A stretch of 64,000 bases of DNA from Octopus sinensis (taxonomy: Eukaryota). Positions 1 to 13,164 of this stretch are shown one piece after another. The translations under genes were made by a program, and so were the position numbers. The DNA is taken from positions 11,594,001-11,658,000 of the forward strand of contig NC_043013.1 of the NCBI RefSeq assembly GCF_006345805.1, read 5' to 3'. Each line of letters begins with the position of its first letter. The first letter of the stretch is position 1. The notes under the pieces are model-generated. The model worked only from the letters and a program-made list of their open reading frames with translations, ran no database searches and was not told the DNA's origin.

Positions 1-606
1 AAACGCACATGCTGTTTTAGTTAAATTACTCACCAAATGATACACACACACACACACATATATATATACATATATAAATATATACATATATAAATATATT
101 CATATATACGTACATGCACACGCTCCTTAGCACATAGACAACCATACATGAGGACAATCACACACACGTTCACACGTTCACACCCATTTGAGTGCATCAC
201 CCATAGATATACATATAGACACATACGCATTTATATATATGCATATATTTTCAAATGCACACATACACACACATCTATATACATACACTTTAAAACTTAG
301 AATTTACCACATATTCACATACACAAGGATATAAAGTAGTCACCATGCTGGAAGGTCTACGCAAACACACGCTCGCACAGTGGAGGACAGAAATATACAG
401 AGTAATCAATAGACGTATATACGCACAAACACACGCATATTAGCTCGTATATATACACATAGACACAAACACATACATGCAAACAAAATTTTAAATAACG
501 TAGTCAACTATATAGTCAGACTCTACATATATATACATACGTAAATATATATATATATATATATATTTGTGCGTGTGTATGCATATATATATATATACAT
601 ATATAC

Positions 607-637
<31 letters not shown>

Positions 638-980
638 TGCATGTATGTATATTTATATGCATGTAATATATAGACATACATATATACATAACCACCTGCA
701 AACAAAAAAAGCAAATTATAGAAAACACAGCACACATGCACGAAGACGATGCCAACACGAATATCCAGAATTCACAATGATGTATATGTATATATGTGTA
801 TATATATATATATATATATAATATATATGTATGTATATGTTCATATATATCCAAATATATTTATATATATATACGTATATATATATAGACACACATACAT
901 GCATATAAGCATACATTTATATATAGGTATGCTTATATGTATATATGTATATATGTATGCTTGTATGCTTATATATATAG

Positions 981-1013
<33 letters not shown>

Positions 1014-1632
1014 TATATATTACATATATATACATGCATATGCATATATATGTATATATGAACTTATACATATACATATAAACAGATATGAACATAGAGA
1101 CACTGTATAATCAATGAGAACACCGCACATTCACAGAAGTACTCAGACACGCACATATATAGACTCCCACGCATTCACTCTCTTCTGTCTCACACATACA
1201 TAATTTCATCGAAACACGAAATGAAATAGCTTATTGAACGATATAGTAATGCTCTACACATGCAGACACATACTGGCACACATACTCACACGCACACAGA
1301 CATCCACAAAATATCTTAGTCACACACATATACACAGATACGCGAACATACGTAGACAACAGCTACGCATGCAAAAGCCTACACGCATATACGTACATAT
1401 GCTCAGATAAAGCTTAAGACGATGAACAGCCTATACCAAAATGCATACACCTACGCACAGATGCGTAGAGATATATAGATACCACACACAATGACACAAT
1501 AAAGTTTCACATATTTTTGTACACAATCTCACACACACTTAGAAATATGAAAAAATTAGAGTCAATGTCCTCGGAAAAGCACTATGCATATACACATGCG
1601 TAGGGAGACGACAATAAAAACCTAGACTTTAT

Positions 1633-1663
<31 letters not shown>

Positions 1664-1763
1664 GAATCATTTATCTATATGCATATACATATATATATAT
1701 ATAGATACATTTATCTATATACATATACACACACATATATCATATATATATATATGTAAATAC

Positions 1764-1800
<37 letters not shown>

Positions 1801-1830
1801 TATATATATATATATATATAATATATATAT

Positions 1831-2039
1831 AAAGTTAATCCAACAAGAAACACACAAAAAACAAAAAAAACAACAGCAACGCGAGGACGTGGAACAAATT
1901 AGTATTATTGGACGCTCAGGAAAGAAGGAAAGAAGGAGGGTTTAACGTTTCGAGCGGATCTCTTCGTCGGAACATAGGAGAAGGAAAGATCCAGAGAAGG
2001 GAAGACAGAGGAAAAAATCGCCAGCGGTACTCACGAGGT

Positions 2040-2045
<6 letters not shown>
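1831..2045 (-). mobile_element. Short PLE pLTR-derived dispersed repeat (family H3), copy 1, flanked by (TA)n on both sides
   Basis: Reverse complement aligns with 52664-52843 and 7911-8110. Contains the hammerhead-like tgtt-CCGACGA-A-gag-atccg-ctc-GAAA-cgt-t-aaac (1940-1974, minus). Confidence 0.75.
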
Positions 2046-2080
<35 letters not shown>

Positions 2081-2112
2081 TTATATATATATATATATAT
2101 ATACATCAATAT

Positions 2113-2350
2113 ATATGTAAATATACATATAAATATGATATGATGGCCGTCCACTCGTGACCGAGGAAGACCATTGCCGACCTTCAGGAACATTGTGCGC
2201 TCTAGGACTAACTTATATTTTGCATTTGCGGCTCCGTTGGTGGCTAATGAGCCCTGCTCTTGACAAGCATACACGACTGCAAACATTGCAGACCAAGCTT
2301 TCCCCATTCACTATACGAGCCGTGCGCTTTCGCGCAGCTCGCTTAAGTTC
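2113..2350 (-). mobile_element. RTE-clade LINE 3' end fragment
   Basis: Minus frame reads [13 protein letters not shown]...[27 protein letters not shown], the CxxC...SRxGLxSHxR C-terminus typical of RTE ORFs. It is followed by a short 3' UTR ending gagtggacggccatcatatca. Confidence 0.75.
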
Positions 2351-2568
2351 TTCATACTGGATACATATAAATATATACTTATATATACATATATATATGA
2401 TTATGTACATATTTATACATATAGACATGTATATATATATTATATATATATATATACACCCATATATATATGGATATATATTTATGCATATATATATACG
2501 TATATATACATATTTATACAGATATATGCATAATAAATATATGTATGCATACGTGTGTGATTGTGTGC

Positions 2569-2609
<41 letters not shown>

Positions 2610-2999
2610 ATATAAATACATGTATTTTTATATATTGTTATATTTTGGGATGGTCTTTGTATGTCAAAATATTTACATGCACTATATATTCGTCCTTCAC
2701 TCGTTTATTACTGTTCTTATTTTAACTGATGTCTATTGTCCGTAAATCTTCCGTCAAATATCTATAACCGCTTCAGCGACACCCTTTGCCCTCATGTATG
2801 CTCCTGCGCCGCTCATTTATATATATATATATAAAATCCGAAGCTTCTTGGTAAATTTAAACCTTCAAAGTCTATTCTGACTGAGTTCTCTTTCAATTTC
2901 TCTTACACTCATACCATTTCTTCTCTTTCTTCCACTCTTTTCTCCCCAACCACTCTCTCTCTGTGTCTTTGTCTCTCTCTCTGTCTCTTTCCCTCTCTC

Positions 3000-3830
3000 T
3001 TTTCCTCATATACTGTTTTCTGAAGTCTGACGCCTCCCTGGGTCCGGTTTGGTCCCCATATTCCTTCTCTCACTCAACTACAATGTAGTCGCTGCCATAT
3101 CCCTAAACATCCACCCATACTCAAATAAGCCATGTATTCACTCTTCCTTAGTTAACTCCACCTCAGTGTTATTCACACGCAATCACATCAGTCTTGCACC
3201 CATTGCTTGCTCCAAAACTTTGATATCTCACCCAACATAAACCATGCAAAAACAGCACAAATATGAAATTGCGATACATTTCAATCTCATCTCTTATTCT
3301 ATTTATCTTCTTAAGATTCAAAACACCCTCTTAAAATCGTTACAAAAGCTATATCTTACTAACACAGATTATCTCATCTGATAAATGCATGAACTCAACA
3401 TGAGAAAATATGTACCACAAAGACTCATCTTTATCTGGAGGCTCAGAAAACACGACTATTCTACCAATTATTCTATAGATTTTCTACAAATCTCGGCTGA
3501 AAACGTACTGCAATATTGATCCCATGTTGGGATGGCTCCATTCCAATTCATAGACAATATTGAACATTATTATTGATGCTGTAGTTGCCTCTAATCCTTA
3601 GAAATGGTATCTCCCGTACCGCCTCCACCTAGCCACTCCTTATGCTCTCATCACTTCTATTCTTCCGTCAGGGTCGAAGTAATCATTAGACAAAATCCTT
3701 CCTGACTTAGAAATACAGTTTTCTGGAATTTCGACCCTGTCATATGTTTCATGTGTAAAATTTCAAGAGCGAAGGAAAACTATGCCAAAAGACATGTCTA
3801 CATCATTCTTCCACCAATCGAAGAACGAAA
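3000..3830 (-). mobile_element. Highly degraded non-LTR retrotransposon fragment, possibly an L1/Tx1 ORF2 3' region
   Basis: Non-microsatellite island. Only weak motif echoes in broken minus frames (AVR.., FWSKQWV). Confidence 0.25.
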
Positions 3831-4011
3831 TAAATAAACTTAGACATACATGGAGATATATATTTATTTGAAAGCCCAGTAGAATTCACAGAGAACAACT
3901 ATGAGAGAATAGATACATATGTATAATGTTGAGGCTAGTTATAATATAAATATAATATAAATGTAGGTATGTATTTATGTACGTGTTTGAGTGTGTCTGT
4001 ATATATATATT

Positions 4012-4067
<56 letters not shown>

Positions 4068-4201
4068 TGTATATGTATAAATATATATATATCTCTATAT
4101 GTATATATATATACTCCTGAATTTAATCACTACTACCATCCAAAACGGTCACTTTATGGGCACATGACCATTTAACATACTACTATCATGGCACTCCCGC
4201 A

Positions 4202-4314
4202 TTCTTCTTCTTCTTCTTCTTCTTCTTCTCTTCTTCTTCTTCTTCTTCTTCTCTCTTCTTCTTCTCTTCTTCTTCTTCTTCTTCTTCTTCTTCTTCTTCT
4301 TCTTCTTCTTCTTC
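4202..4314 (+). repeat. (CTT)n microsatellite
   Basis: Direct reading of the sequence. Confidence 0.97.
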
Positions 4315-5400
4315 TCTACCAAGAATTCACAACGACCTCGAACCCACAAGAGTAAACAAGAGAGACAGAAACAGAGGAAGAAACAAGGAAAATGCCCCTT
4401 GTACATGAACACTATGCAAATATTCTTTTAAAAATAGCTTTTCTTTTAATTTTTCCAAAATTTAATTGTTTTCCATACGGTGAAAAGTCTCAATGACTGA
4501 AACAAGTACTGAAGTGTTTTTTTATATAAAATCATTTTAGCATTTTCTACCTTGACTTTTTCCCCCATATATATATATATATATATATATCAAACAAAAA
4601 AGTGGAACCTATGGTGTTATGAATAGTATGTCACATTTTGTCGTTACAGTTGTTTCAGTACAATATGGGAACTCCATTTCCTTAAAAATATAATAAATTC
4701 ATAACATCATAATATATATGCATAGATATTTTAAGAACTATTTAACATTTCTACAGACTGTTTCAAACATAATAGGGAAGTAAATTAATAACTATATATA
4801 ACATAGAAATAACTCAGTCATTAGCTTCATATGTTCATAAAAGGTAACGAAACCAAAATTTCGCGAAATTGTCGCTTTTGAGCCAATACTTCGTCTTGAT
4901 AGTTCTGGTACAAGCATAAACAATACTATGTTTATAAGCGCAGGATTCGGTGTGTGCCCAAGACGATAGATCACTTTGCAACCACGTGCACGTGTAACAG
5001 CTAAAGAAACTGTAAAGTTTATACAACTAAATCAAAATTAAATCTAGATGTGAAGTGAACAACACTACAAACGTTATTTCTCAAGATAAATACCGCAGTT
5101 CCGTGTGTTTCTTACTGTGTATCGACCATAAGTAGTTTGTACAGAATGATATATATATATATATATATATATATGGCTGATGATTGCTCAACATTTGAAA
5201 ACTGTTGTAATACTTACAATGTTTGATAAAATGATGTAGCGTGAAACGATCGTACCAAATTACCGAAGATATTCTTGTTGCTTATTTTGATTATAATCAC
5301 CCCATGGATTTATATGGATAACACCATACAAAATTCTGGTGCATCTAACTTAAGTACCATTTTCATTGAATCTAAATTTTGCTGAACTTAACTATATATC

Positions 5401-5449
<49 letters not shown>

Positions 5450-5479
5450 TTTGTGTGTGTGTGTGTTTGTGCATCAGAA

Positions 5480-6885
5480 TATAAAACGAGGTGGAAAGAG
5501 GTCAAAAGTGTTTGAGGTGTATGTGACAATGGAGAAATGCCTGTGGAGGATAATAATAATTGATGTCGACAGGAACTTTTTAAGCTTTTCCCTTTTTAAA
5601 CCCTAGTTATCGTCAATGTAGGAGTGTAAAAACCAAGAGTTCCGCGCGTTGCAGTTCTAAGAACGTTGAATTCGGACGAAGATAAAAGGAAAAAGATTGT
5701 CGGTGCGGGAAAATGCATAGTCGAAGAGTTGTTGGTGTTTGGAGAAGTTCGGGATGCAACTAGGCTTTGGTGGCGGATATATTTAGAAGAGCAATGGCAG
5801 CGAGACGTTGAAGTCAGATCAATTAATAATTATTGTTGCCGATATCCAAATGTGGGTGAAGTGGCTTATCTTGCTCGCACCTCAGCTGCTATAATGAAAA
5901 TCTGATGCCTCATGCTGATAGCCACAGCACGTTATCGGGCTAAGCATTCGAATTTACTACTGGAGGACATTTTGTTCAGAATTATCAAAATGCTTCATAA
6001 AAGGCGCACATATTACAGGACAACGTAAATTACTTCCACCCATATTGTCTCAAATAAATAACAATGGTATTTTTCTCTCACATCATCCTGAAATATTTCC
6101 TCCAGATTTAGGCACTAGTATGGCTTCAAATTTTACACTTATGCTGTTATACGTAACTTCCAGTTGATGCAATTTGTGTAACGATCATCGGAACAAGACA
6201 GCTTTCTTTTCTAGCCTCTAATAGCAAAATTACTCCACCTTATTCTTTTGACAAATCTACGAGTAACTGTAGCTTCTGCTATATCATTAGAAATACAGTT
6301 CAAGCAGCGGCTGTGTTACCTCTCGCGTTATTTCTGTTGCTACTGAAAATAATGTTACGAATGCTGTGCTAGAGACTGTGGTGATATTGCTTCTTGTTGT
6401 GAGAATATTAGGCCGACTCATCATTGAGATTGTGGAAATTGTGAAATTAGTATTCTATCTGCCTTCACATTCGTTATTGTAATTTTTATCGATGTAGCAC
6501 ATGCCGTTTTAGCATATTGTTGTTGTTGTTGTTGTTATTGCTGTCATCATTTATGCCCGCCAGTCTTTTTCCTTACTGCATATATTATTCCTCCTTTTTA
6601 TCATGCCCTAATTTTCGTATGCTCTGCTATTTGGCACATCATATAGTGGTTACAGACATGCATTTCTCGTCAATGGAATCATCGCCATAAGTTGCGGTAG
6701 TAGTGACCGCATTTTTCTTTTAACTGAATGAAAAAGGAAGGCTTTGCTTTGTCTATGAAAGAAATGGCGGGAGAAATTTTAGATACATCAAACTCTATTT
6801 CACCGTTCATACTTCCTCTTCCTTCCCCATCTTGCCATTCATAGTCACATTTCTCGCCACCGCATATTTCATTAGAAAGATTTTA
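5480..6885 (-). mobile_element. Probable ancient LINE relic (ORF1-like region, possibly followed by an endonuclease start)
   Basis: Complex-sequence island. Minus-strand fragments MNGEIEFDVSKISPAISF..., a KLGHDKK remnant resembling an eroded zinc knuckle, and GLKREKLKKFL..IIIL. Many stops; assignment weak. Confidence 0.2.
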
Positions 6886-6891
6886 CAGGTC

Positions 6892-7626
6892 ATTATTACC
6901 TCCGCCTTAGCGAAGGCGGCGGTATTGTTTTCAGTTGTGTTTGTTTGTTTGCCGTGGACAAGATATCTGTAGAACCGTTACATGGATTCGGATGAAACTT
7001 TCAGTTACGTTTGACCTCGTGACTGACACGAACTGGTTAGGATTTGAGACTGATCCGGTACATGATAAGGCGCAATGGCCCTTAGGGCAGCGGACTCGCG
7101 GTCGTAGGATCGCGGTTTCGATTCCCAAACCGGGCGTTGTGAGTGTTTATTGAGGGAAAACACCTAAAGCTCCACGAGGCTCCGGCAGGGGATGGTGGTG
7201 ATCCCTGCTGTACTCTTTCACCACAACTTTCTCTCACTTTTACTTCCTGTTTCTGTTGTACCTGTATTTCAAAGGGTCGGCCTTGTCACTCTCTGTGTCA
7301 CACTGAATATCCCCGAGAACTACGTTAAGGGTACACGTGTCTGTGGAGTACTCAGCCACTTACACGTTAATTTCACGAGCAGGCTGTTCCGTTGATCGGA
7401 TCAACCGGAACCCTCATCGTCGTAACCGACGGAGTGCTTCCTATACATGACAAGGATTCTGGATATTTAACCTCTTTCTTAACATACTTTTTGAGAGCGG
7501 TCGGGTTCACTTTTAGTATTCTCGCTTGTGAGAGCAGTCAAGTTTATTTAAGATATTCTCATTTTAAAAATCATATCTCGCTAATCCTTGAGAGGAGGCT
7601 TTCGCTCCCTGAGCGCTCTTTTTTTA
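6892..7626 (+). mobile_element. Helentron/HINE-like (DINE-1-type) non-autonomous element interrupted by a SINE
   Basis: Starts attattACCTCCGCC, then an internal gttt microsatellite and a ggattcggatgaaact block. Ends with gagaggaggct (eroded subterminal inverted repeat), a cgctc-cct-gagcg hairpin and a T-run. A second copy of the internal block is on minus at 11185-11303. Confidence 0.65.
7069..7442 (+). mobile_element. tRNA-derived SINE (family C), full length
   Basis: tRNA-like head ggcgcaatggcc..ttagggcagcggactc..ggtttcgattccc (A/B-box-like). Flanked by a TSD: tacatgataa (7059-7068) and tacatgacaa (7444-7453). Confidence 0.8.
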
Positions 7627-7756
7627 AATTCTATACAAAATCAATAATAACTGACCTCTGGCAGGGTAAATTATCAACAGATTATTTTTTGTTAATTACG
7701 GAATGGCAAAAATATCTCAAAAAACTGCAGCAGAAAAGAGAGACGATATAGGCAGA

Positions 7757-7905
7757 GGTGCGGACGTGGCTGTATGATAAGAAGCTCCTTTCCTAACGAC
7801 ATGGTTCAATGATAATTTGGGTAAGAGTCTTCTGCTACAGCTTCGGGCCGACCAAAGCCTTGTGAGTGAATTTTGGTAGACGGAAGCTGGAGAAGCTCGT
7901 CGGAT
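7757..7905 (+). mobile_element. CORE-like tRNA SINE (family B), 5' half
   Basis: gtggctgtatgataagaagct...gggtaagagtcttct...gggccgaccaaagccttgtgagtg...gtagacggaa matches the other family B copies. Confidence 0.75.
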
Positions 7906-7910
7906 ATCAA

Positions 7911-8110
7911 TATGTGACCGCGTGTGTGTCGTTGACGATTTTCTTTCTCCCTCTTCCCTTGTTTGGGCTTTTCCTATATTTCTGATGAAGAGCTCCGCTC
8001 GAAACGTGAAACCCTTTTACTTTTCTTTCTTTTCCTGAGCGTCCAATAACACCGTACTTATTCCACGTCCTCGCGTTGTTGCTTTTTCTTGCTTGTTCAT
8101 GTTTGTATTG
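7911..8110 (+). mobile_element. PLE pLTR-derived repeat (family H3), copy 2
   Basis: Aligns with copies 1 and 3. Hammerhead-like attt-CTGATGA-A-GAGC-tcc-GCTC-GAAA-CGT-g-aaac at 7978-8012. Confidence 0.75.
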
Positions 8111-8130
8111 ACACACACACACACACACTC

Positions 8131-8211
<81 letters not shown>

Positions 8212-8679
8212 GTATATATTTGTGTTTACGGGAAACGTTTTGAATATGCAAATAAAGCTCCTATTCTTTTATACCGGCCACTTTCTAGTGATACTGACTC
8301 GTGAACCATTCTTTCGGGGTTACATCGAGCTGTACCGATATAATGCAGGATAAGTATAATAAGAATAACAATAATCTTTGGATGGAATTTTTAAACATTT
8401 AATGCATCGCTACGCGCGTTTCCATAAACCGTTTGTCTCTTAAGATCACAGTCCGTATTCCTTGGATGATTAGGTTATAGAGTCCGTAGTATCTTGGGGT
8501 ATTGAATGGATCCTTTTCATCGATTCATTTTTTCAGACGGTATCATATTAATGGACGTACAACACAGGTATGTTTAATCCTTTTTTACTAGTAAAGAGGA
8601 TTCACCCGAACCCCCGGATACAACGGACTGCACTATATTCGTCCCAGTAATACGGACTGTGATACTTCTGCTCTTGATC

Positions 8680-9001
<322 letters not shown>

Positions 9002-9059
9002 ACATATGTGCGTGCCTGTGCGTGTGTGTGTATGCCTCTGTGTGTGCGTGTTTCTATGT

Positions 9060-9262
9060 CTGCGTATCCTCGTTTGTCCACCACCAACGCTTGACAACCG
9101 GTGTTGGTGTGTGTTCATGTCCCCGTAAATCAGCGGTTCGGCATAAGAAATAAGTACCAGGCTTAGCAAAAAAAAAATATTAAGCACTGAGATCGATTCA
9201 TTTAACTAAAAATTCTTCAAGGCAGTACCCCTAGCAATGCCGAAGTCTAATAACTGGAGGTA
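9060..9262 (+). mobile_element. SINE family B, 3' half
   Basis: gcttgacaaccggtgttggtgtg...cggttcggc...ataagtaccaggctt matches the reverse complement of 9412-9630. Confidence 0.7.
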
Positions 9263-9411
9263 TAAGATTAAAGTATTAGATTAAAGATAACAATGTCAAC
9301 AACGATAAGAAAATCACCCGCAATGAACAGCAACAATAATTTTTCCCATTTTTTCTTGTCGCTGCTTTCCTTCACTTTCATTTATTTTTGCTGGTTATGG
9401 TTGGAGAGAGT

Positions 9412-9848
9412 TACTTTTTTACTCTTTTACTCTTTTACTTGTTTCAGTCATTTGACTGCGGCCATGCTGGAGCACCGCCTTTAGTCGAGCAACTCGACAC
9501 CGGGACTTATTTTTTTCGTAAGCCCAGTACTTATTCCATCGGTCTCTTTTTGCCGAACCGCCAGGTGACGGGAAGGCAAACACACCAACACCGGTTGTCA
9601 AGCAATGGTAGGGGAACAAACACACACACATAATACATATATATATATATATAGATATTAATATAATATATATATATATATACATATATACGACAGCTTC
9701 TTTCAGATTCGTCTACCAAATCCACTCACAAGGCATTGGTCGGCCCGGGGCTATAGCAGAATATACTTGCCCAAGATGCCACGCAGTGGGACTGAACTCG
9801 GAACCATGTGGCTGGTTAGCAAGCTACTTACCACACAGCCACTCCTGT
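9412..9848 (-). mobile_element. CORE-like tRNA SINE (family B), full length, with an internal (TA)n(TG)n tract
   Basis: Minus strand: caggagtggctgtgtggtaagtagcttgc...ggttccgagttcagtccc (A/B boxes), ggcatcttgggcaag (CORE-like), internal microsatellite, and a tail ending (gtaaaaga)n. Confidence 0.85.
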
Positions 9849-10505
9849 TGCATAATTTTTGTGTGTTTTTTTTTCTAACTATTAAGAGGGAATCTCTGAT
9901 TTTGATTACCCCAGAGTTGTGCAAGGTGTTGCATTAGAATCATAACCAACACGTTTTCTTCTTATTGTCTTTTGTTTTAATTTTTAGGCTTTCTATGTAG
10001 AAAGCTCCTAAATGGTTTTCACTGGCAAATGTGGAGCAGCAAGCATTTATAATCTGGAACCTGAATTTTAAAATCATTCTATATTATTTTTTTTCCTATT
10101 TTGTTTTCTTGGTTTGTTTTTCATTTTTCTTTTCTCTTGTTTTTTTTTTTCATTTCAAATATAATTAGTTAGCATTTGTTGGTTTCTTTCTTCATTGCCA
10201 ATTATTTCTCATATTTTTTGTAGTCTTTTGACTTCGTTAAAATGTATTTCTCTCGGGGGCGGTGTCACACAGAAAGAAGCTATAATCAACTCATAATTTG
10301 ACAGAAAATTCAAAATAGAAATAATTTTAAAAGTCGACGTTGTCTTCTAAGCCCAGTACGGGGTACAAATCTTGAAATTTTAATGACAGTTGCTGTTTGA
10401 AATATTAACTAAAATAAATATTAATTCATTCCGTTACACTTCGAAAGCTTGGAAAATTCACAGAGCAAAATTAGAAACGTAAAGACAAAAGAGTAATAAT
10501 AACAA

Positions 10506-10716
10506 ATCCTTTCTAATAAAGACACAAGGCCTGAAAATTGGTGGGAGGGTACCAGTCGAGTACAACGACGCCAGTGTCTCACTGATACTTAATTTATCGA
10601 CCCTGCAAGAATGGAAGGGAAAGTCGACTTTAGCGGAATTTGAAATCAGTATGTATCGACGTGTGACATACTGGTTAGCATTTCGTCCAGCTTAACGATT
10701 GTGCTAGCTCGCCACC
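10506..10716 (-). mobile_element. tRNA SINE family A (Meta-domain-like), degenerate
   Basis: Contains the reverse complement of aagtcgactttccc..gggtcgataaattaagt, the central block shared by all family A copies. Confidence 0.7.
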
Positions 10717-10746
10717 TTAATAATGATAATAATAGTGGTTTCAAAA

Positions 10747-10950
10747 GGCGGCGAACTGACAGAAACGTTAGCACGCCGGGCGAAATGCTTAGCGGTATTT
10801 CGTCTGTCTTTACGTTCTGAGTTCAAATTCCTCTGAGTTTGACTTTTCCTTTCTTCTTTTCGGCGTCAATAATTAAGTACCAGTTGCGTACTGGAGTCGA
10901 TCTAATCGACTAGCCCCTCTCCAAAAAATGTGTGCTTACAGTAGAAAAGA
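10747..10950 (+). mobile_element. tRNA SINE family A
   Basis: ggcggcgaactgacagaaacgttagcacgccgggcgaaatgcttagcgg...tctgagttcaaattcc...attaagtaccag. Confidence 0.85.
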
Positions 10951-10955
10951 ATAAT

Positions 10956-11118
10956 ATTGGTTTCAAATTTTGGCACAAGGCCAGCAATTTCGATGAAGGG
11001 ATAAGTTGTTTACATCGACCCTAGTATTCCACTTGTACTTATTTTATCGCCCCCGAAAGAATGAAAGGCAAAGTCGACATTGACGGAATTCGAGCTCAGA
11101 ACGTAGACAAACGTATTA
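10956..11118 (-). mobile_element. tRNA SINE family A, 5'-truncated
   Basis: ttttatcgcccccgaaagaatgaaaggcaaagtcgac is the reverse complement of the family A central block. Confidence 0.75.
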
Positions 11119-11184
11119 CCTATTTCTTTACTACCCACAAAGGGCTATAAAAAACACTCCAGAATCTTTGTCTCAAAATCTAAT

Positions 11185-11302
11185 CAGTTTGTGCTAGACA
11201 CGAGGCCAAATACCCCTGAATGTTTCATCCGAATCCATCCAGTGGTTCTTGAGATACCTTGTCCACGGATAAACAAACAAACAAATAAACAAGACTGAAA
11301 AC

Positions 11303-11303
<1 letters not shown>
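11185..11303 (-). mobile_element. Helentron/HINE-like element fragment, copy 2
   Basis: Reverse complement aligns with 6922-7055 (tattgttttcag...ccgtggacaag.tatct...ggattcggatgaaac...tttg.cctcgtg). Confidence 0.65.
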
Positions 11304-11345
<42 letters not shown>

Positions 11346-11363
11346 TAATAATAATAATAATAA

Positions 11364-11394
<31 letters not shown>

Positions 11395-11684
11395 AAGAAG
11401 AAGAAGAAGAAAAAGAAGAAGATGTGAGAGCGATAAAAAGAAACATCGGGAATAAAAACCAACAAATGTAACTTAAAATAACTGGCAAAATGTTGGACTA
11501 TATCGGAGTAAGTAACATTCATTAAAATTTATTTTATTTTCCAAATGAAATGAAATATTTTAACTGTGTACCATCTCCATCACTCACACAACACGTGTTA
11601 ACACGCCCGCAAAATTAAAGTTCAAATCAACAATACACCGTCTCCGTACCCAACCATCGTGCATATACACACAGACCACACACA

Positions 11685-11715
<31 letters not shown>

Positions 11716-11989
11716 CACAGATACTCACACACACACACACACGCAAAAAACAAAAATGAAATGAAAAATAAATAGTAATACGCGTGTTCGTGTTATTCAA
11801 CCCAAAGATAACAAATGGGAATTGCATACTTTAAACTTATTCCACAAAAAATACAAAGATTACACGTGCAAAACCATTTAACACCAGAAATTACTGAACC
11901 GGTACCATGCGAAAATGATGACCATCAAAATAATGTGTTGGACGTTATTCCTCACGTCCAGCAAATAAAATAAAAAAAATTATGAATAT

Positions 11990-12930
11990 ACACGAGAGGA
12001 ATATATATCTATCCTACATGCTTACAACATATGCATATAAAATCTGGAAGAAAAATAGCCAAGATTTGGATATATCGATGAAATCTAACAAACTAGTCAA
12101 TATTAGGAGATATATTCCCAAAACAAAAAATAAATAAGTTAAAAATTAGAAATTGAAATAGAGCATTTAAAGGAGAAAAATACACCAGGGAAACGTTGGT
12201 AGTGACTACACAACATTGCCAATTAATATCATAAGTTTTGGGGCTGTAAAATATGAATATAGACGTAACATGTGCAACAAAAACGAAATAACGAAACACA
12301 ACAAACCCAAACCGTAGGAATGCATAATGATGATCAAAATGCCCCAAACCAGAACACCACAGATAAAAATATAAACGAGAAGGAATGCAAAACAAATCTA
12401 ATAACTGAAAACTGAAGGCAGAATCCATGATTATAATACTCAAAAAATGAGTATAATCAAGGAATTAAAATCCACAGATCTCAGTATGGACCACCGATTG
12501 TACCTCTCAAAAATTAAAGTTGATAATATGACAGCATCAATAATAAATAGCATTAAACTTGGCCGTCACAGAACTAATAGCAACGAAGACAAATGTCAAT
12601 ATGACCAGATTAAATGATATAATATTTGGAGCAGCCTATGTGGTCACAAAAACAGTTGGATACTCTCCGAAATCCAGCCAAACAAGAGAATCACAATCTA
12701 AACAAACTCTGAGGAAAAAATAATATCCAGAGAAAAAGAAAATAAATGAAAATATATGTCAAACCTTAGCGAAATTAGTAGGCAAACAACACTAATAAGT
12801 AAGAGGAAGAGAAGAAAAAGAAGAAAGAAAAAATCTATAAATCTAAGACTGGAACAACAAAGTATCATAATAAAACGATTGTAAGAAAAGCCCTTACATA
12901 GCAAATTTTGGGATAAGCTGAACACAAAAG
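11990..12930 (+). mobile_element. R4/Dong-clade (RLE-type) LINE, N-terminal ORF fragment
   Basis: Frame from 12601 reads MTRLNDIIFGAAYVVTKTVG, resembling the LNxLIYAAAxVV motif upstream of the RT in R4/Dong ORFs. Lys-rich, with multiple stops. Confidence 0.55.
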
Positions 12931-12935
12931 AAATA

Positions 12936-13157
12936 TATTTCTTTACTACCCACAAGGGGCTAAACACAGAGGGGACAAACAAGGACAGACAAAGGGATTT
13001 AGTCGATTACATCGACCCCAGTGCGTAAATGCTACTTAATTTATCGACCCCGAAAGGATGAAAGGCAAAGTCGACCTCGGCGGAATTTGAACTCAGAATA
13101 CGACAGACGAAATAGGGCTAGGCATTTCGCCCGGCGTGCTAACGTTTCTGCCAGCTC
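12936..13157 (-). mobile_element. tRNA SINE family A, near full length
   Basis: Near-identical to the copy at 53942-54168. Confidence 0.9.
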
Positions 13158-13164
13158 AGAAAAT

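Noticed and set aside
7069-7140. tRNA gene calls for the SINE heads (also 10747, 9780-9848, 52455-52510)
   Set aside because: A/B-box-like motifs continue into SINE bodies and lack a complete cloverleaf with a 3' acceptor strand.
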